Shown: positions 42,809 through 52,391 of the stretch, piece by piece
Numbering within the stretch: the first letter of the stretch is position 1
Layout: every line of letters begins with the position of its first letter
Source: Candidatus Poribacteria bacterium
GTDB taxonomy: Bacteria > Poribacteria > WGA-4E > WGA-3G
Length of the DNA stretch: 64,000 nucleotides
NCBI GenBank assembly: GCA_022828145.1
Contig: JAJEJA010000088.1
Coordinates: forward strand, 40,100-104,099
Direction: 5' to 3'
Notes under the pieces: generated by a model
Databases searched by the model: none
What the model was told of the DNA's origin: nothing
Seen by the model: only the letters and a program-made list of their open reading frames with translations
Made by a program: the position numbers and the translations under genes

Positions 42809-44698
42809 ATGAAGAATCGAATTTCACTACTCAGTCTCATCGTTGTAAGCTGCGTATGTGTTCTATTGACAAACATTTATGCAGATCACCCAAATATTGC
42901 TGATCAATCTGACTATATTTTGACAGATGCACATGCGGAAAAAACAGAAGAAGAATCTAATACAATACCTGAAGATAGCGTGTTAAATTTAATTCCTGAG
43001 AATGCATTAGGTATTATCTACTGTCCAAGTCTATCTGAACTGAATAAAAGGATCAACGATGGTGCGGCAGAAATGGCACCTCAAGTTGGTGAACAGCCTG
43101 AAATCCTTGCATCCATATTGGCAGCATCCTTTGGTGCAGGCTTTGAGAGTTTGGCTGAATTGGAACAGATTGGATTGGACTTAGACAACGATTTTGCAAT
43201 ATTTTTTACGAGTTTTGAACCCGTTGCTGTTGCTGCAACTGTACATTTGACAGATCCGGATGCGATGATGCAGGTCATTCAGACAGAAGCACAGGGCAGC
43301 GAACCTACCGAATATAAGGGTGAAACCTACTTCAGTTCTGAAGGTGATGGTAGTTTTGCTATTTTGGGTAATACCCTTGCCTTCACACAACAGACTAAAG
43401 ATTGTGTGAGCATCATTGATGTGAGTAAGGGAGAGCAAAACGCGATCGCTGCTAACCCAGATTACACCGTATTCCTAAATCAGATTGCAAAAGGAACTGA
43501 TCAACTTGCTGCGTATTTTGACCTTGGGACAATTCTTGCCCCACATATTGAGACAATCATGGAAGACATGAATTCCGCAGTTGATTCAATGGAAAGTGAT
43601 CCCGCTACCATGTCTGCAATTCCAATGATGGAAAGTATGTTTGGGACATTTGCTGATCTGATTAAGGATTTAGAATCCGTAAGTGCAACCCTTCAGATAG
43701 AAGGTACTGATGTACAACTTGCCCCTTTTCTGAAGTTTAAAGACGATGGGAAGATACAAGACACCCTAAAGGAACTGATGCCTGATGAATTAGCACTCAT
43801 GAACGATTTACCAAATGGGGGATTCCTTTTCGGTGGTTTTGAGGGAAATGCATTGAGTTTATATGAATGGAGCATGTCTTGGTTGTTAGCTCTACCTTCA
43901 GAAGATGAAGAACAGAGTCAGGACCTCAAAAAGATTGTAGAAGAGATGCAAGAGATGTACAAAGCATTGGGTAATGAACAAGGTTTCTCCGTGAACTTTA
44001 GAGATAGTTTAATTCCTGATGTTTTGATCATTTATGATCTTGAAGATGAAGAGAAAGTCAAGACCTACTATGATGAACACTTCTTGGATAACCTAAGCAA
44101 AATGATGCAAATTATGAAAGATTCAATGGGAGAAATTCCACAGTTCACCATTTACGATGGGGGATATGTTGGGAACCCAATTATGCATAACGAGGTAGAG
44201 ATCAAGACTATTGTCTTTCCGAATTTTGGTGTTGCTTTTCAGGATGTTCCGGTAGAGATGGCGGTTCTGATGCCCCATGAATGGCATTGGTCTTATGCAT
44301 TTTCGGATGGACAACTCTATTTTTCTTTAGGGGGTGCAGAAATAATACAGCAAGCACTTAATAGCAAAGCTAAAGTTGTTGAGAGCATATCTGAAAATGT
44401 AGGTTACCAGAATCTTGTTGAAAAGTTAGGAATAGATAACAACCTACTATTTGGAATTTCTCCTATAGCAGCTATTAAGAGTTTCGTTTCTCTTGCCTCA
44501 AAAGCTGATCCGAACGCTGCCGCTGAAATGCAGATGATGGCTGGCATGATCATGGGGATCCCTGAAAACTACAGTATCGGTATCTCAGCAAAAGTCCGGG
44601 ACGGTGGTGTCGGGGCAAAACTACACATTGCAGTGGGTGATTACAAACAATTGGTGCAAACATTTATGATGTTTAGTGCAATGGGACAAATGCAATAG
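42809..44698 (+). CDS. Secreted hypothetical protein (629 aa)
   Basis: SD 'aaggagaaa' upstream and signal peptide 'LLSLIVVSCVCVLLTNIYA'. Acidic and Met-rich. No family is assigned with confidence. Confidence 0.7.
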   Translation: MKNRISLLSLIVVSCVCVLLTNIYADHPNIADQSDYILTDAHAEKTEEESNTIPEDSVLNLIPENALGIIYCPSLSELNKRINDGAAEMAPQVGEQPEILASILAASFGAGFESLAELEQIGLDLDNDFAIFFTSFEPVAVAATVHLTDPDAMMQVIQTEAQGSEPTEYKGETYFSSEGDGSFAILGNTLAFTQQTKDCVSIIDVSKGEQNAIAANPDYTVFLNQIAKGTDQLAAYFDLGTILAPHIETIMEDMNSAVDSMESDPATMSAIPMMESMFGTFADLIKDLESVSATLQIEGTDVQLAPFLKFKDDGKIQDTLKELMPDELALMNDLPNGGFLFGGFEGNALSLYEWSMSWLLALPSEDEEQSQDLKKIVEEMQEMYKALGNEQGFSVNFRDSLIPDVLIIYDLEDEEKVKTYYDEHFLDNLSKMMQIMKDSMGEIPQFTIYDGGYVGNPIMHNEVEIKTIVFPNFGVAFQDVPVEMAVLMPHEWHWSYAFSDGQLYFSLGGAEIIQQALNSKAKVVESISENVGYQNLVEKLGIDNNLLFGISPIAAIKSFVSLASKADPNAAAEMQMMAGMIMGIPENYSIGISAKVRDGGVGAKLHIAVGDYKQLVQTFMMFSAMGQMQ

Positions 44699-44708
44699 GC
44701 ATTACGAA

Positions 44709-44741
44709 CTCGTCTACAAGAAATTGTAGGCGAGTTTTTTT
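44709..44741 (+). terminator. Rho-independent terminator of the 42809 gene
   Basis: A 10-bp stem, 'ctcgtctaca' pairing with 'tgtaggcgag' (one G-U pair), a 6-nt loop, then a T7 run (44735-44741). Confidence 0.7.
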
Positions 44742-44869
44742 ATTGCACATTATATAGAACATGTGCTATCATACATAATATGTTGGCTTGCAGTTTTGTA
44801 CAAAGGGAGGGGTGTACACAACTGCTATTCTTCTGTTATGATGAAATATATAATTACTTGCACACAGTT

Positions 44870-44926
44870 GTAGCGCAAACTTTTAGTTTGCGTACACTAC
44901 TGCACAAACTAAAAGTTTGTGCTACA
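44870..44926. repeat. Inverted pair of REP-like elements (family 6, GTAG + CGCAAACT-ttt-AGTTTGCG)
   Basis: 'gtagcgcaaacttttagtttgcg' is on the + strand (44870-44892). 'gcacaaactaaaagtttgtgctac' (44902-44925) reads on the - strand as 'gtagcacaaacttttagtttgtgc'. Confidence 0.75.
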
Positions 44927-45035
44927 GCACAGTCCAAGCCTGTCGATTTAGGTATCACGTGCCAAAATTGTGCCTATATTTTGTATTTCACTTTAACCCC
45001 TCCAAATGTGTATTATGTACATAAGGAGGAGCAGT

Positions 45036-46406
45036 GTGCTACAGAAAAATAGTATGATGCAACGGCTTAGTATAAAAAATAGAAAGTTCCAACCTTTACT
45101 CACATTCTGTATTGTCTTTTTCTTGATAACTTTACCATTCGCGATGGCTGATACGACCACAGAAAACAGTGCAGAAGTCGAACCCAAGAAGAGTCCTATA
45201 AAAATCGGTGGGGCAATGCGTGCCAACTACGTTTACGGTACGTATGAAGACCGCACGCGATATGATAGTTCCGGTCAGCCTTATTTGGAGGATGATGGTA
45301 GAGGGGCAAACTTTGGCGATGTTGATCTTGAATTACTGCGGTTGAATGTTGACCTTGACTTTAATAATGTCATTGGAAGGATGGAATATCGGTGGTATCC
45401 AAGGTATTTTGGTAGTTCAATCGGTTACAGCATGATACATACTGCTTGGTTGGGTTATGATTTCAAGGATACGGGTACGGTCAAAGCAGGCGTTGTGCGA
45501 GTACCTTTTGGACCAACAGACTACGGTGTTTCTACCAGTTGGTTCTTTGACCAGCATTTTTATGTTGGACTTGCTGACGACCCTGATGTGGGAATCGTAT
45601 GGCATAACAACACTGGTAACCTGACCTATGATGTAGGTTATTTCCTCAGTAGTGAACCTCAGACGATAGGCAATAGTCTCAATAGCGCACGATACGGATA
45701 CGACGTTGTGAAATGGGAAGAGAAAGCGGATGAAGATGGAAATGTGCAATGGGGTGTTGAGGAGAATGGTTATGATGAGCAACATCAGTTTAATCTTCGT
45801 GCAATCTATTCCTTTGAAAACGTTGCAGATATAGGCGTCTCAGCGCAATTCGGGTTGCTGCAAGGAACGAATGTAGGAAACGATGACAGCGGAAGTCACT
45901 ACGCGCTTTCCGCGCACATGAAGAACTCAGCAGCAGATTTCACACTCTATTCCCAGTTTACGTATTACGCACATAATATTACGGATGATACGGCATGGGG
46001 TACAGGGGACCTGATTCCGATGGGTGCTTACGAATTTGCGTGGCCTGTTGCATCTGAGGGGTTAATACCTGCGCTTTCCCTACGGTATGGTGGTATTAAC
46101 ACGGAAAAAATCTCATGGTTGAACAGTGTTACGCCATACATTGAATGGAGTACTATTCTTAAGACTGTTGATGCTTACAACCCGAGTACTCTCGTGACAT
46201 TAGGAATAAGTTGGAACATCTTTGACTCACTGTATGTCTATAGTGACTTCGGTTTGTCTGATGGAAATTCCTTTGTAGGCAACAGTGCAGGTGATGGTAT
46301 CAGGGAAGGTTACGGCAGTATCTACGATGGTGCGGGTGATGTTGGTGCAAACGGCAATAACGTTTGGAACTGGCGTCTTAATTTTAACTTCGGTGTTTAT
46401 TTCTAA
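45036..46406 (+). CDS. Putative outer-membrane beta-barrel (porin-like) protein
   Basis: Based on ORF 45006-46406. A GTG at 45036 lies 6 nt after 'aaggagg', with ATG 45054 as the alternative start. Signal 'LLTFCIVFFLITLPFAMA', Gly/aromatic-rich alternating segments, and a C-terminal 'NFNFGVYF' ending in Phe. Confidence 0.55.
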   Translation: MLQKNSMMQRLSIKNRKFQPLLTFCIVFFLITLPFAMADTTTENSAEVEPKKSPIKIGGAMRANYVYGTYEDRTRYDSSGQPYLEDDGRGANFGDVDLELLRLNVDLDFNNVIGRMEYRWYPRYFGSSIGYSMIHTAWLGYDFKDTGTVKAGVVRVPFGPTDYGVSTSWFFDQHFYVGLADDPDVGIVWHNNTGNLTYDVGYFLSSEPQTIGNSLNSARYGYDVVKWEEKADEDGNVQWGVEENGYDEQHQFNLRAIYSFENVADIGVSAQFGLLQGTNVGNDDSGSHYALSAHMKNSAADFTLYSQFTYYAHNITDDTAWGTGDLIPMGAYEFAWPVASEGLIPALSLRYGGINTEKISWLNSVTPYIEWSTILKTVDAYNPSTLVTLGISWNIFDSLYVYSDFGLSDGNSFVGNSAGDGIREGYGSIYDGAGDVGANGNNVWNWRLNFNFGVYF

Positions 46407-46445
46407 TTGGTTCACACCCCTACAACAAAAAAGGAGAAGTTTGAA

Positions 46446-48107
46446 ATGAACGAAGCAGAAAAACAGCCGCAACAGATGCCACATCAGGTAGATGAAGGCA
46501 GGTACAAGAAACTATTCGGGTTAGACATTTACTTAACGCCTGTATTCGTAATTTCCAGTATCACCATTGTATTATTCGTAGCTGGTTCACTAATTTTTCA
46601 AGACCAAGCGACAGAACTTTTCAAAAGCACCCGAGTATGGCTTACCACAAATCTTGATTGGCTCTTCATGATCACAGCTAATCTTGTATTTCTCTTTTGT
46701 GTAATTGTCGCCATCTCTCCTCTTGGTAAAATCCGACTTGGAGGTTCAGATGCAAAACCTGAGTACTCCAATTTAACATGGCTTGCGATGCTTTTTGCTG
46801 CAGGCGTGGGTATTGGACTACTCTTCTTTGGCGTGTCGGAACCGATTACCTATTTTCAGGGGGATACTGATGCTGTGAAGTATTCGCCGCTCGGGAGAGA
46901 AACGGTTTATGACGCAAATGCAGATTACAGTGTTACAGCTGTTCCTGACATCGCTGATCCCAAAGTTAAATCGGCGGCTTCTTTGAGTATAGCAACAACA
47001 GTTTTTCACTGGGGGCTACATGGGTGGGCAATCTACGGCGTTGTCGGACTTGCATTGGCGTTTTTCGCATATAATAGAGGATTTCCGTTACTTATCAGAT
47101 CCGCGTTTTATCCCATACTCGGCGACCGGATATGGGGGTGGCCCGGACACATTATTGATACATTCGCCATTTTTGCTGGGATCTTTGGACTCGCAACTTC
47201 CCTTGGCTTAGGAGTAGAACAGGTGACTTCTGGTCTTAACTATCTATTTGGGATACCTGCACACGAGGTGACCATGGTTCTGTTGATTGTTGGGATTACA
47301 GCCATCGCTCTTGTATCAGTGATGACAGGCATTAATGTTGGCATTAAACGACTTAGTCAGTTCAACATAATTCTTGCGTTTATTTTGCTCGTAACTATTT
47401 TCATTCTTGGTCCAACCCGTTATATCTTTCAAAATATTTTTGCAGGATTTGGGACCTATTTCAAGGAAATTGTGCCGCTGAGTAACTGGGTTGGACGTGA
47501 GGACACCGGTTTTCTGCACGATTGGACTACGTTCTATTGGGCATGGTGGATCGCTTGGGCTCCGTTTATTGGAACATTCATCGCAAGGATCTCAAAAGGA
47601 CGCACCGTGCGTCAGTTTGTGTTCTTTGTGCTTATTTTGCCGACTCTATTGTGTCTATTGTGGTTTAGTGCATTTGGGGGTACTGCTATCCACCAGTTTC
47701 TCACTGGAGATTTCACAGGTGTAACCGAAGAGGTAGAAGCATATAATTACCCACTGGCACTCTTTAAAATGTTCACAGAATTACCAGCATCATTGCTGCT
47801 TTCGTGTGCTGCTATGTTGTTAACGATCATCTTTTTTGTTACCTCATCAGATTCAGGATCGCTAATCATTGATATAATAGCCGCAGGCGGTAAGGTAGAC
47901 GCGCCCGTTGCACAACGGGTTTTCTGGTGTACTGCTGAAGGTTTAGTCGCAATTGCATTGCTACTCGGAGGAGGGTTGAAGGCGTTACAAGCTGCATCAC
48001 TTGCAACAGGTTTCCCTTTCGCGATTGTGCTGTTAGGTATGGGTGGATGCGTTCTTGCGGGTATGATAAAAGAGAGACGTGAGATACGATCTGTAGATAG
48101 CAATTAG
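46446..48107 (+). CDS. BCCT-family (betaine/carnitine/choline) transporter
   Basis: Based on ORF 46407-48107, with the start moved to ATG 46446 after 'aaaggaga'. Multiple TM segments and the BCCT signature 'WTTFYWAWWIAWAPFIGTFIARISKGRTVRQF'. Confidence 0.9.
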   Translation: MNEAEKQPQQMPHQVDEGRYKKLFGLDIYLTPVFVISSITIVLFVAGSLIFQDQATELFKSTRVWLTTNLDWLFMITANLVFLFCVIVAISPLGKIRLGGSDAKPEYSNLTWLAMLFAAGVGIGLLFFGVSEPITYFQGDTDAVKYSPLGRETVYDANADYSVTAVPDIADPKVKSAASLSIATTVFHWGLHGWAIYGVVGLALAFFAYNRGFPLLIRSAFYPILGDRIWGWPGHIIDTFAIFAGIFGLATSLGLGVEQVTSGLNYLFGIPAHEVTMVLLIVGITAIALVSVMTGINVGIKRLSQFNIILAFILLVTIFILGPTRYIFQNIFAGFGTYFKEIVPLSNWVGREDTGFLHDWTTFYWAWWIAWAPFIGTFIARISKGRTVRQFVFFVLILPTLLCLLWFSAFGGTAIHQFLTGDFTGVTEEVEAYNYPLALFKMFTELPASLLLSCAAMLLTIIFFVTSSDSGSLIIDIIAAGGKVDAPVAQRVFWCTAEGLVAIALLLGGGLKALQAASLATGFPFAIVLLGMGGCVLAGMIKERREIRSVDSN

Positions 48108-48122
48108 TTTCAAAAATAACGC

Positions 48123-48153
48123 ATGATATTACATGGGATGGACGGCTAATATG
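48123..48153 (+). terminator. Hairpin after the BCCT gene (possible terminator)
   Basis: An 11-bp perfect stem, 'atgggatggac' pairing with 'gtccatcccat'. Only a short T run follows ('ctacttttg'). Confidence 0.4.
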
Positions 48154-48227
48154 TCCATCCCATCTACTTTTGAATTATCCAGGTTTCCGATTATAGTAAA
48201 TTATGTAAATAAGTTTACATATATTCT

Positions 48228-48290
48228 GTAGGAGCGATCTCCGAATCGCGACGCAACCCCTAATAGTCGGGAATCGGAGATCGCTCCTAC
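48228..48290. repeat. BIME-like inverted pair of family-2 REPs
   Basis: 'gtaggagcgatctccgaatcgcgac' + 13 nt + 'gtcgggaatcggagatcgctcctac'. Confidence 0.85.
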
Positions 48291-48537
48291 AACTCAGATG
48301 TAAAGTTAATTGTAGAATCCACTATAATGTGAGTTCCATAAATATTTTTGTGAATTTAACTTGTTTTTTACCGAGAAATATAGTATCATCAATAATTATT
48401 AATAAGCTATTTTTATATTTAAATTCAGTTGGTAAAAAACAATGCCCTATTACTACCTACTAAGTCGCCTCCACGTTTGTTCAATCCTTGGACTTCTGTG
48501 GTTTTACCGATTATCCAGTTTATTAACTATAGGTTTG

Positions 48538-48548
48538 CCCCCCCCCCC
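48538..48548. repeat. Homopolymeric C11 tract in the intergenic region upstream of the dockerin gene cluster
   Basis: 'tttg' + 11 x c + 'gcaaaa', about 210 nt upstream of the 48759 start. Confidence 0.9.
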
Positions 48549-48758
48549 GCAAAATTGTAATAATATATAAGTTAGCGAACAAGCGTATATCATTGGTGTT
48601 CGTCAACCTTTTGTTGTGCCCGTTATGCTCTCTATTCACTTGGATAGTTTGCTACGGGTATTTTATTATTGCATTTATACATCAATCTATTCGTGTGACT
48701 CAAACTTTACCTTTGATGTACACAAAATTCAGAAACAATCCATAAAGGAGATTTTATT

Positions 48759-49832
48759 TTGAAAATAACAAAGAAGTTAGTTTACACAATTCTCACACTG
48801 TCCTTCCTCGTAATACTTCCATCCTTAACTATAGCACAAGACATAGTAGTTCCTTTACCAGAAGACATTAACAACGACGGTATAGTAGACGTCCGTGACC
48901 TTGTACTCGTTGCCAACGCGATAGGACAGACAGTAGATAGTTCAGCTGAACAAAATCCTGATGCAACTGGAGACGGTGTTGTCAATGTACTTGACCTTGT
49001 ACGCGTCGCCAGCCGCATTGGAAAAGTACAGATAGGTCTGAAAAAACTTTATTGGGGTGATATTGGGACAAGCCGTATAGAACGCGCTGATCCTAATGGG
49101 ACAAACAGGGAAGTCCTGGTGAATAATGCACGTCCATGGGATTTAGCTCTGGATATTGAGGAACGCAAGATCTATTGGATAAGTGTAACTGGATATGGAA
49201 TTGAACGAGCGAACTTAGACGGTTCAGATAGAGAAAAACTCGTTCCTGTAGATGGTCAAGGAGTCAGTTTAGACTTGGATACAGGAAAGATGTATTGGAC
49301 AAGTAATGCCGGAACAATTTCGCGTGCTAATCTTGATGGATCTAATGTTGAACTCCTAATTGATGGCTTAGTTTTTCCAGATAGCATCGCACTTGATTTA
49401 GTCAACGGCAAGATCTATTGGACAGAGGCTTTAAGTAGAGTAAGAAGCGGTCCTAATATTGGAGTTGATGGCGCAATTAAACGTGCTAATCTTGATGGTT
49501 CAGACGTGGAAACGCTTGTTACTGATTTGCGAGAACCCCAAGGGATTAACTTAGACATAGAAAACGGTAAGATGTATTGGAGCAATTGGACCCCGATAGA
49601 TAAAATTCAACGTGCAAACCTTGATGGAACAGACGTTGAAGACATTGCACCTGGACGGGGTGGTTTAGAAGGGATCGTGTTGTTCTTTGAAATAGGCAAG
49701 ATGTATTTTACTGATTTTGGCGTAAGAAAAATCTTGCGATCAAACTTTGACGGTTCAGACATTGAAGAAATTATAACAACTGGATTGAGTACGCCAATAT
49801 CAATAGTTTTGGATATTGGACCTGTCAATTAA
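48759..49832 (+). CDS. Secreted dockerin-like + six-blade YWTD (LDL-receptor class B) beta-propeller protein
   Basis: 357-aa ORF with a TTG start 8 nt after 'aaaggag' and signal 'LVYTILTLSFLVILPSLTIA'. Dockerin-like pair 'DINNDGIVDVRDLVLV' and 'ATGDGVVNVLDLVRV'. Six 'K[IM]YW[TS]...I.RANLDGS..E.L' blades. Confidence 0.8.
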   Translation: MKITKKLVYTILTLSFLVILPSLTIAQDIVVPLPEDINNDGIVDVRDLVLVANAIGQTVDSSAEQNPDATGDGVVNVLDLVRVASRIGKVQIGLKKLYWGDIGTSRIERADPNGTNREVLVNNARPWDLALDIEERKIYWISVTGYGIERANLDGSDREKLVPVDGQGVSLDLDTGKMYWTSNAGTISRANLDGSNVELLIDGLVFPDSIALDLVNGKIYWTEALSRVRSGPNIGVDGAIKRANLDGSDVETLVTDLREPQGINLDIENGKMYWSNWTPIDKIQRANLDGTDVEDIAPGRGGLEGIVLFFEIGKMYFTDFGVRKILRSNFDGSDIEEIITTGLSTPISIVLDIGPVN

Positions 49833-49890
49833 ATGAGGAGTCTGCATAAAATATTCAATGTCACAATATGTACTTAAAGATGTACTTAAA

Positions 49891-49916
49891 GGTAGTAGGC
49901 ACACTCCGTGTGCCGT
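49891..49916 (+). repeat. REP-like hairpin, family 4
   Basis: 'ggtagtaggcacactccgtgtgccgt'. It is preceded by a 12-bp tandem duplication 'atgtacttaaag' x2. Confidence 0.8.
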
Positions 49917-49981
49917 TCACAAGTAGGTATGCTTAAATGAATAAAAAAACTAACAGACTTTCTGGAAAAAGAGGAGTATTG

Positions 49982-52318
49982 ATGATGAAAACAACTTTAG
50001 TTTGGACGATGTTATTGTTCACACTTTCACTATCTATTGGACTGCCACACACTGCGGCAGAAGACTCTACAAAATTGAGTTTACCCGAGGGTGCCATAGC
50101 GCGCCTCGGTAAAAGCATTATATCTGAGATAGTGTATTCGCCTGATGGCACGTTGCTTGCTGTGGCAAGTAGTGTCGGTATATGGCTCTATGATGCCGAA
50201 ACGCTACAAGAACACGCACTGCTCATTGGACATTCAGGCGGCGTCCGTATTTGTGTTTCGTTCAGTCCTGACGGAAAAACAATCGCAAGTGGAAGTCAGG
50301 GTGAAGTGCGTTTGTGGGATGTCGCAACCGCTACACAGAAAGGGACGCTCGAGCATACAAGTTATGTCGATAGTGTCTCATTCAGTCCGGATGGCAAAAC
50401 ACTCGCAAGTGGGAGTCATGATCACACGGTGAGTTTATGGGATGTCGCAACCGCTACCCAAAAAGGGACCCTCACTGGACATACAGCCGCTGTCAGCAGT
50501 GTTTCGTTCAGTCCGGATGGCAAAACAATCGCAAGCGGGAGTTATGACAACACTGTGCGTTTGTGGGATACAGCAACTGCTACAGAGAAACACACACTCA
50601 CTGGACATACAGCCTCTGTCCGTAGTGTTTCATTCAGTCCGGATGGTAAAACACTCGCAAGTGGGAGTCAGGACAGGTCGGTGCGTTTATGGGATGCAGC
50701 AACTGCTACAGAGAAACACACACTCACTGTACATTTTGGATCTGTTGAGAGTGTCCCGTTCAGTCCAGATGGAGAAACAATCGCAAGTACAAGTTGGGAT
50801 GGGGGCGGGATTGTGCAATTCTGGGATGTGGCAACTGGGACACAGAAAGGGACACTCACGGCAGGTTTCGTCCTTAGTGTCTCGTTCAGTCCAGATGGAA
50901 GAACTATCGCAGGTGCAAGTGTGGATGAAGTACGTTTGTGGGATGTGACAACTGCTACACAAACTGGGACAATTATGGGACATACAAACTGGCTCAATAG
51001 TTCATCGTTCAGTCCGGATGGTAAGACAATCGTAATCGCAGGTTGGGACGGGGTACTTTTGTGGGATGTAGCAACTGCAACACACAAGCGGACCCTCACA
51101 GGAAATACAAGCTGGGTCTTAAGTGCCTCATTCAGTCCAGATGGAAAAACAATCGCAAGTGGAAGTGCAGATAAGACGGTGAGATTATGGGATGTAGCAA
51201 CTGGGACACTCAAACACACCCTCACAGGTCATACAAACTGGGTCCATAGTGTCTCGTTCAGTCCAGATGGAAAAACAATCGCCAGCACGGAGAATTTGGA
51301 CGGAGCCGTGCGATTATGGGATGTTGAAACTGGTACACAGAAAGGGATACTTATTGGACATACTGGCTTTGTCTGGAGTGCATCGTTCAGTCCGGATGGC
51401 AAAACAATCGCTACTGGAGGTTATCGGGACAACTCGGTGCGATTATGGGATGTGGCAACTGGGACACAAAAAAGGACACTTGAGCATACAAGCTCGGTCA
51501 CTGCTGTATCTTTCAGTCCAGATGGAAGGACAATCGTAAGTGGAAGTTGGGAGGAGGTGCGTTTGTGGGATGTGGCAACTGGGACACAAAAAAGGACACT
51601 CCCAGGACATACGCACCATGTACATAGTGTCTCATTCAGTCCGGATGGAAAAACAATCGCAAGTGGGGGTTGGGATGGACCAGTGCGTTTATGGGATGTG
51701 GCAACTGGGTCCCTAAAACACACACTCACTGGACATACAAGCACGGTCAATAGTGTTTCGTTCAGTCCGGATGGCAGGACTCTGGCAAGTGTTGGCGATG
51801 GTACAGTCCTGCTCTGGGACCTCACACTTTACCTTGATATAACGACAGAACCCCCGGACACGGTAGATATACTGGGACCAACAATAGCGATTCTTACCCC
51901 ATTGGCAGACCAAATACTTAACCACGGGATGCCAGTTATCACAGGTGAGTTTTCAGGGACTGCAACACCTATATCACTTAGCCTCATACTCAACGGTGCA
52001 GAAGTCAATGCAAAAGTAAGCGATAACGGATTCACTTACACATTTGCTGAAGTGTTAGACGATGGCGAATACACACTCGTTGCTACAGCAATAGATGCGA
52101 ATGGGAAGACCGCTGAAGCAACTGTTACTTTCTCAATAAAACCCGCGTATCCTGCGTGGGATGTGAATGAGGATGGTCACGTCAACATATTAGATTTAGT
52201 GCTTGTGGGACAAAATATTGGTGGATCGATTGCAACAGTCCCTCGCGCAGATGTCAACGGTGATGGGAGTATCAATATCTTAGACCTGGTGCTTGTCGCC
52301 GGACACTTTGGGGAATGA
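49982..52318 (+). CDS. Secreted 14-blade WD40 protein with Ig-like segment and C-terminal dockerin-like module
   Basis: Based on ORF 49937-52318, with the start moved to ATG 49982 after 'agaggag'. Signal 'LVWTMLLFTLSLSIGLPHTAA'. Fourteen '[VA]SFSPDG' units. C-terminal 'DVNEDGHVNILDLVLV...DVNGDGSINILDLVLVAGHFGE' is followed by the stop codon. Confidence 0.9.
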   Translation: MMKTTLVWTMLLFTLSLSIGLPHTAAEDSTKLSLPEGAIARLGKSIISEIVYSPDGTLLAVASSVGIWLYDAETLQEHALLIGHSGGVRICVSFSPDGKTIASGSQGEVRLWDVATATQKGTLEHTSYVDSVSFSPDGKTLASGSHDHTVSLWDVATATQKGTLTGHTAAVSSVSFSPDGKTIASGSYDNTVRLWDTATATEKHTLTGHTASVRSVSFSPDGKTLASGSQDRSVRLWDAATATEKHTLTVHFGSVESVPFSPDGETIASTSWDGGGIVQFWDVATGTQKGTLTAGFVLSVSFSPDGRTIAGASVDEVRLWDVTTATQTGTIMGHTNWLNSSSFSPDGKTIVIAGWDGVLLWDVATATHKRTLTGNTSWVLSASFSPDGKTIASGSADKTVRLWDVATGTLKHTLTGHTNWVHSVSFSPDGKTIASTENLDGAVRLWDVETGTQKGILIGHTGFVWSASFSPDGKTIATGGYRDNSVRLWDVATGTQKRTLEHTSSVTAVSFSPDGRTIVSGSWEEVRLWDVATGTQKRTLPGHTHHVHSVSFSPDGKTIASGGWDGPVRLWDVATGSLKHTLTGHTSTVNSVSFSPDGRTLASVGDGTVLLWDLTLYLDITTEPPDTVDILGPTIAILTPLADQILNHGMPVITGEFSGTATPISLSLILNGAEVNAKVSDNGFTYTFAEVLDDGEYTLVATAIDANGKTAEATVTFSIKPAYPAWDVNEDGHVNILDLVLVGQNIGGSIATVPRADVNGDGSINILDLVLVAGHFGE

Positions 52319-52391
52319 ACACCTATAAGATTTTAAGACTCGCAGCTGAATAAAAAAACTACCAGATTTTCTAACAAAAAAAGGAGTATTA

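Noticed and set aside
50668-51225. Long antisense and off-frame ORFs inside the WD40 genes (for example 50668-51225, 51421-51825, 53708-54130, 52939-53562, 50442-50948, 26928-27434)
   Set aside because: They mirror the 126-nt periodicity of the WD40 repeats ('SGLNETL...VATSHK' motifs repeat with the same period). They lack start signals and overlap strongly supported genes, so they are shadow ORFs.
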